Part shown: piece after piece, positions 62,446 through 64,000 of the stretch
Position numbering within the stretch: position 1 is the first letter of the stretch
Layout: every line of letters begins with the position of its first letter
Notes under the pieces: generated by a model
Database searches by the model: none
Seen by the model: the letters and a program-made list of their open reading frames with translations, nothing else
Told to the model about the DNA's origin: nothing
Position numbers and translations under genes: made by a program
Assembly: GCA_965287045.1 (NCBI GenBank)
Contig: OZ336875.1
Location: 100,626,001 to 100,690,000, forward strand
DNA: 64,000 bases
DNA from: Carcharhinus amblyrhynchos
Taxonomy: Eukaryota
Direction: 5' to 3'

Positions 62446-64000
62446 CAGCCAGATGTTGCCAGTGTGTTGAGAAACTCCCATACCGACAGCATGAAACAAA
62501 CCCCTTGATTTCTTTTGGTAGAGTGCTCTGAGATCTGGAGAGAAAATGACCTGTTCCTATGGGGAGAAACAAGCTGGTTTTCTCCCCAGAAATAACTCTG
62601 CCATTTTTTGGTAAGATTTCGTTCAACACTCTATTTTAAAATAAGCAGGTTGACATCTGCGTTAAAGGAAAGGACTGGGAAAGGTCTTACGAATAAATTA
62701 GATGCATGTCTACTGCTGACAGTAATTCCTAGCCCATATTACTCTTCTGACTTGAAATAAAAATTCATTTTCTCATAGAAAAAATAATTACTACAAGAAT
62801 TCTTTTAAAAAGAGAAGTAAACAAAGACGCATTTTCAGCCATGGTAAGCTGAATTCTATTTTCTGATTAATCAGACTGAAGACCCACAGGCTGAGTTTGT
62901 TACCCATCTCATTCTTATTGATTAGCAACGTCACATCTCACATTTCCCCATGATTGTTGATGGGACTGTCTCCCCTGTTAATACACGGTAATAAAGGGAG
63001 CTTTAAAATGAACAAATAAAGACACTGAAAAACTATTTTCAAAAGCACAGAATACAATCAAGTGTCTCAATCAGACCAACACCCAGCATACTATGTCATG
63101 CAAGTGTACTATGGTAAAATCATTATAGTTTGAATAACTGAGATTTCTATCTTGTATCTATTTTATCTAATCTATAAATCCAATGTATTAAATTAAGCAA
63201 AGCCCATCCAATCCTATTCAGTATTAAGTTTCCATAGATGGAAATCTGTACGAATGTTCATGCCTTTCCCTGTCTTTACAGGTAGTGGGGCCAGATTTGG
63301 CTGTAGAAATAATAATGTCACCAACAGCGTTCATCATACTTGGAATTTTAGATGAATGCACACGCACAGTTAAATGCAGAGGTCTGGAAATTGCTGTCCA
63401 AAATACCCTGTTCTTCTAGAAGCTTTCCGGAAACAGCATCCTGCCATGTGTCTCATTCAAATATAGCGTGAAGTTGTGCCTCATACGTTTATCTTGATAC
63501 ATTTATCTTGGTGGAAAGCTGGGTCTTCATTCCAGTGTAATACAAATGATGCAATAGGTTTGTGGCCATACATTATGCTTATCTGACACGGTGGCTTTTG
63601 GAAGTATGAAATCTCATTCCCTCAGCTTTTAATCATTTTTGAAGATTTAAAAAAAGATAATTGAAATAACATTTTAAAAGTTTTTTTTGGGAACCTAAGA
63701 CTTAGGAGCAGGAGTAGGCCATTCAGCCCTTCGAACCTTTTAACCCTCTGTCTCTTCAATCTCTCTTTTAACACAGTCATTCTTTTTTTCTATTTTGCTC
63801 TCTCCTCCTGATTTCACATTGAATTCATTTTTTAACTGATACTTCCAAGTTAAGACTCTGCACTGCTCATTAACAATTCTTCAACTTGATTTGTTAAGGA
63901 TTTGATTGCCTTGCTAACACACTTTCAATAAAAGTGGTGCACTTTGGATGGTTGGATAACAACAACATACTATGCAAAAGCCCACAGAAGGTTTATGAGC

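Noticed and set aside
448-62629. The many 60-150 aa ORFs in the six-frame track as genes
   Set aside because: Eukaryotic repeat-rich DNA; the ORFs are chance frames, often with non-ATG starts, or fragments of LINE, LTR, Harbinger and SINE sequence.

Overview
Eukaryotic, AT-rich, almost entirely non-coding DNA from a cartilaginous fish, most likely a shark. The evidence is many HE1-type tRNA SINEs, HER1/CR1 LINEs and the associated shark-type repeats. There is no intact gene, and nearly all ORFs in the six-frame track are chance ORFs or decayed transposon fragments. Recognisable content: HE1 SINEs in two tail variants; CR1, Rex1/Babar and L2/CR1-group LINE remnants; one old Gypsy LTR provirus (15844-20323) with nested LINEs and no integrase; PIF/Harbinger transposase and Myb-like remnants with related MITEs; five Penelope-like insertions with target-site duplications, including one near-intact minimal hammerhead ribozyme; and a short poly(A)-tailed element whose head is U2 snRNA. 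There is one plausible spliced coding exon (12659-12830, +) of an unidentified gene. Two repeat-poor blocks contain three oddly sized N gaps and may hold conserved non-coding elements. All family names come from motif recognition by eye, not database searches, and repeat boundaries are approximate unless a TSD or TIR is quoted.
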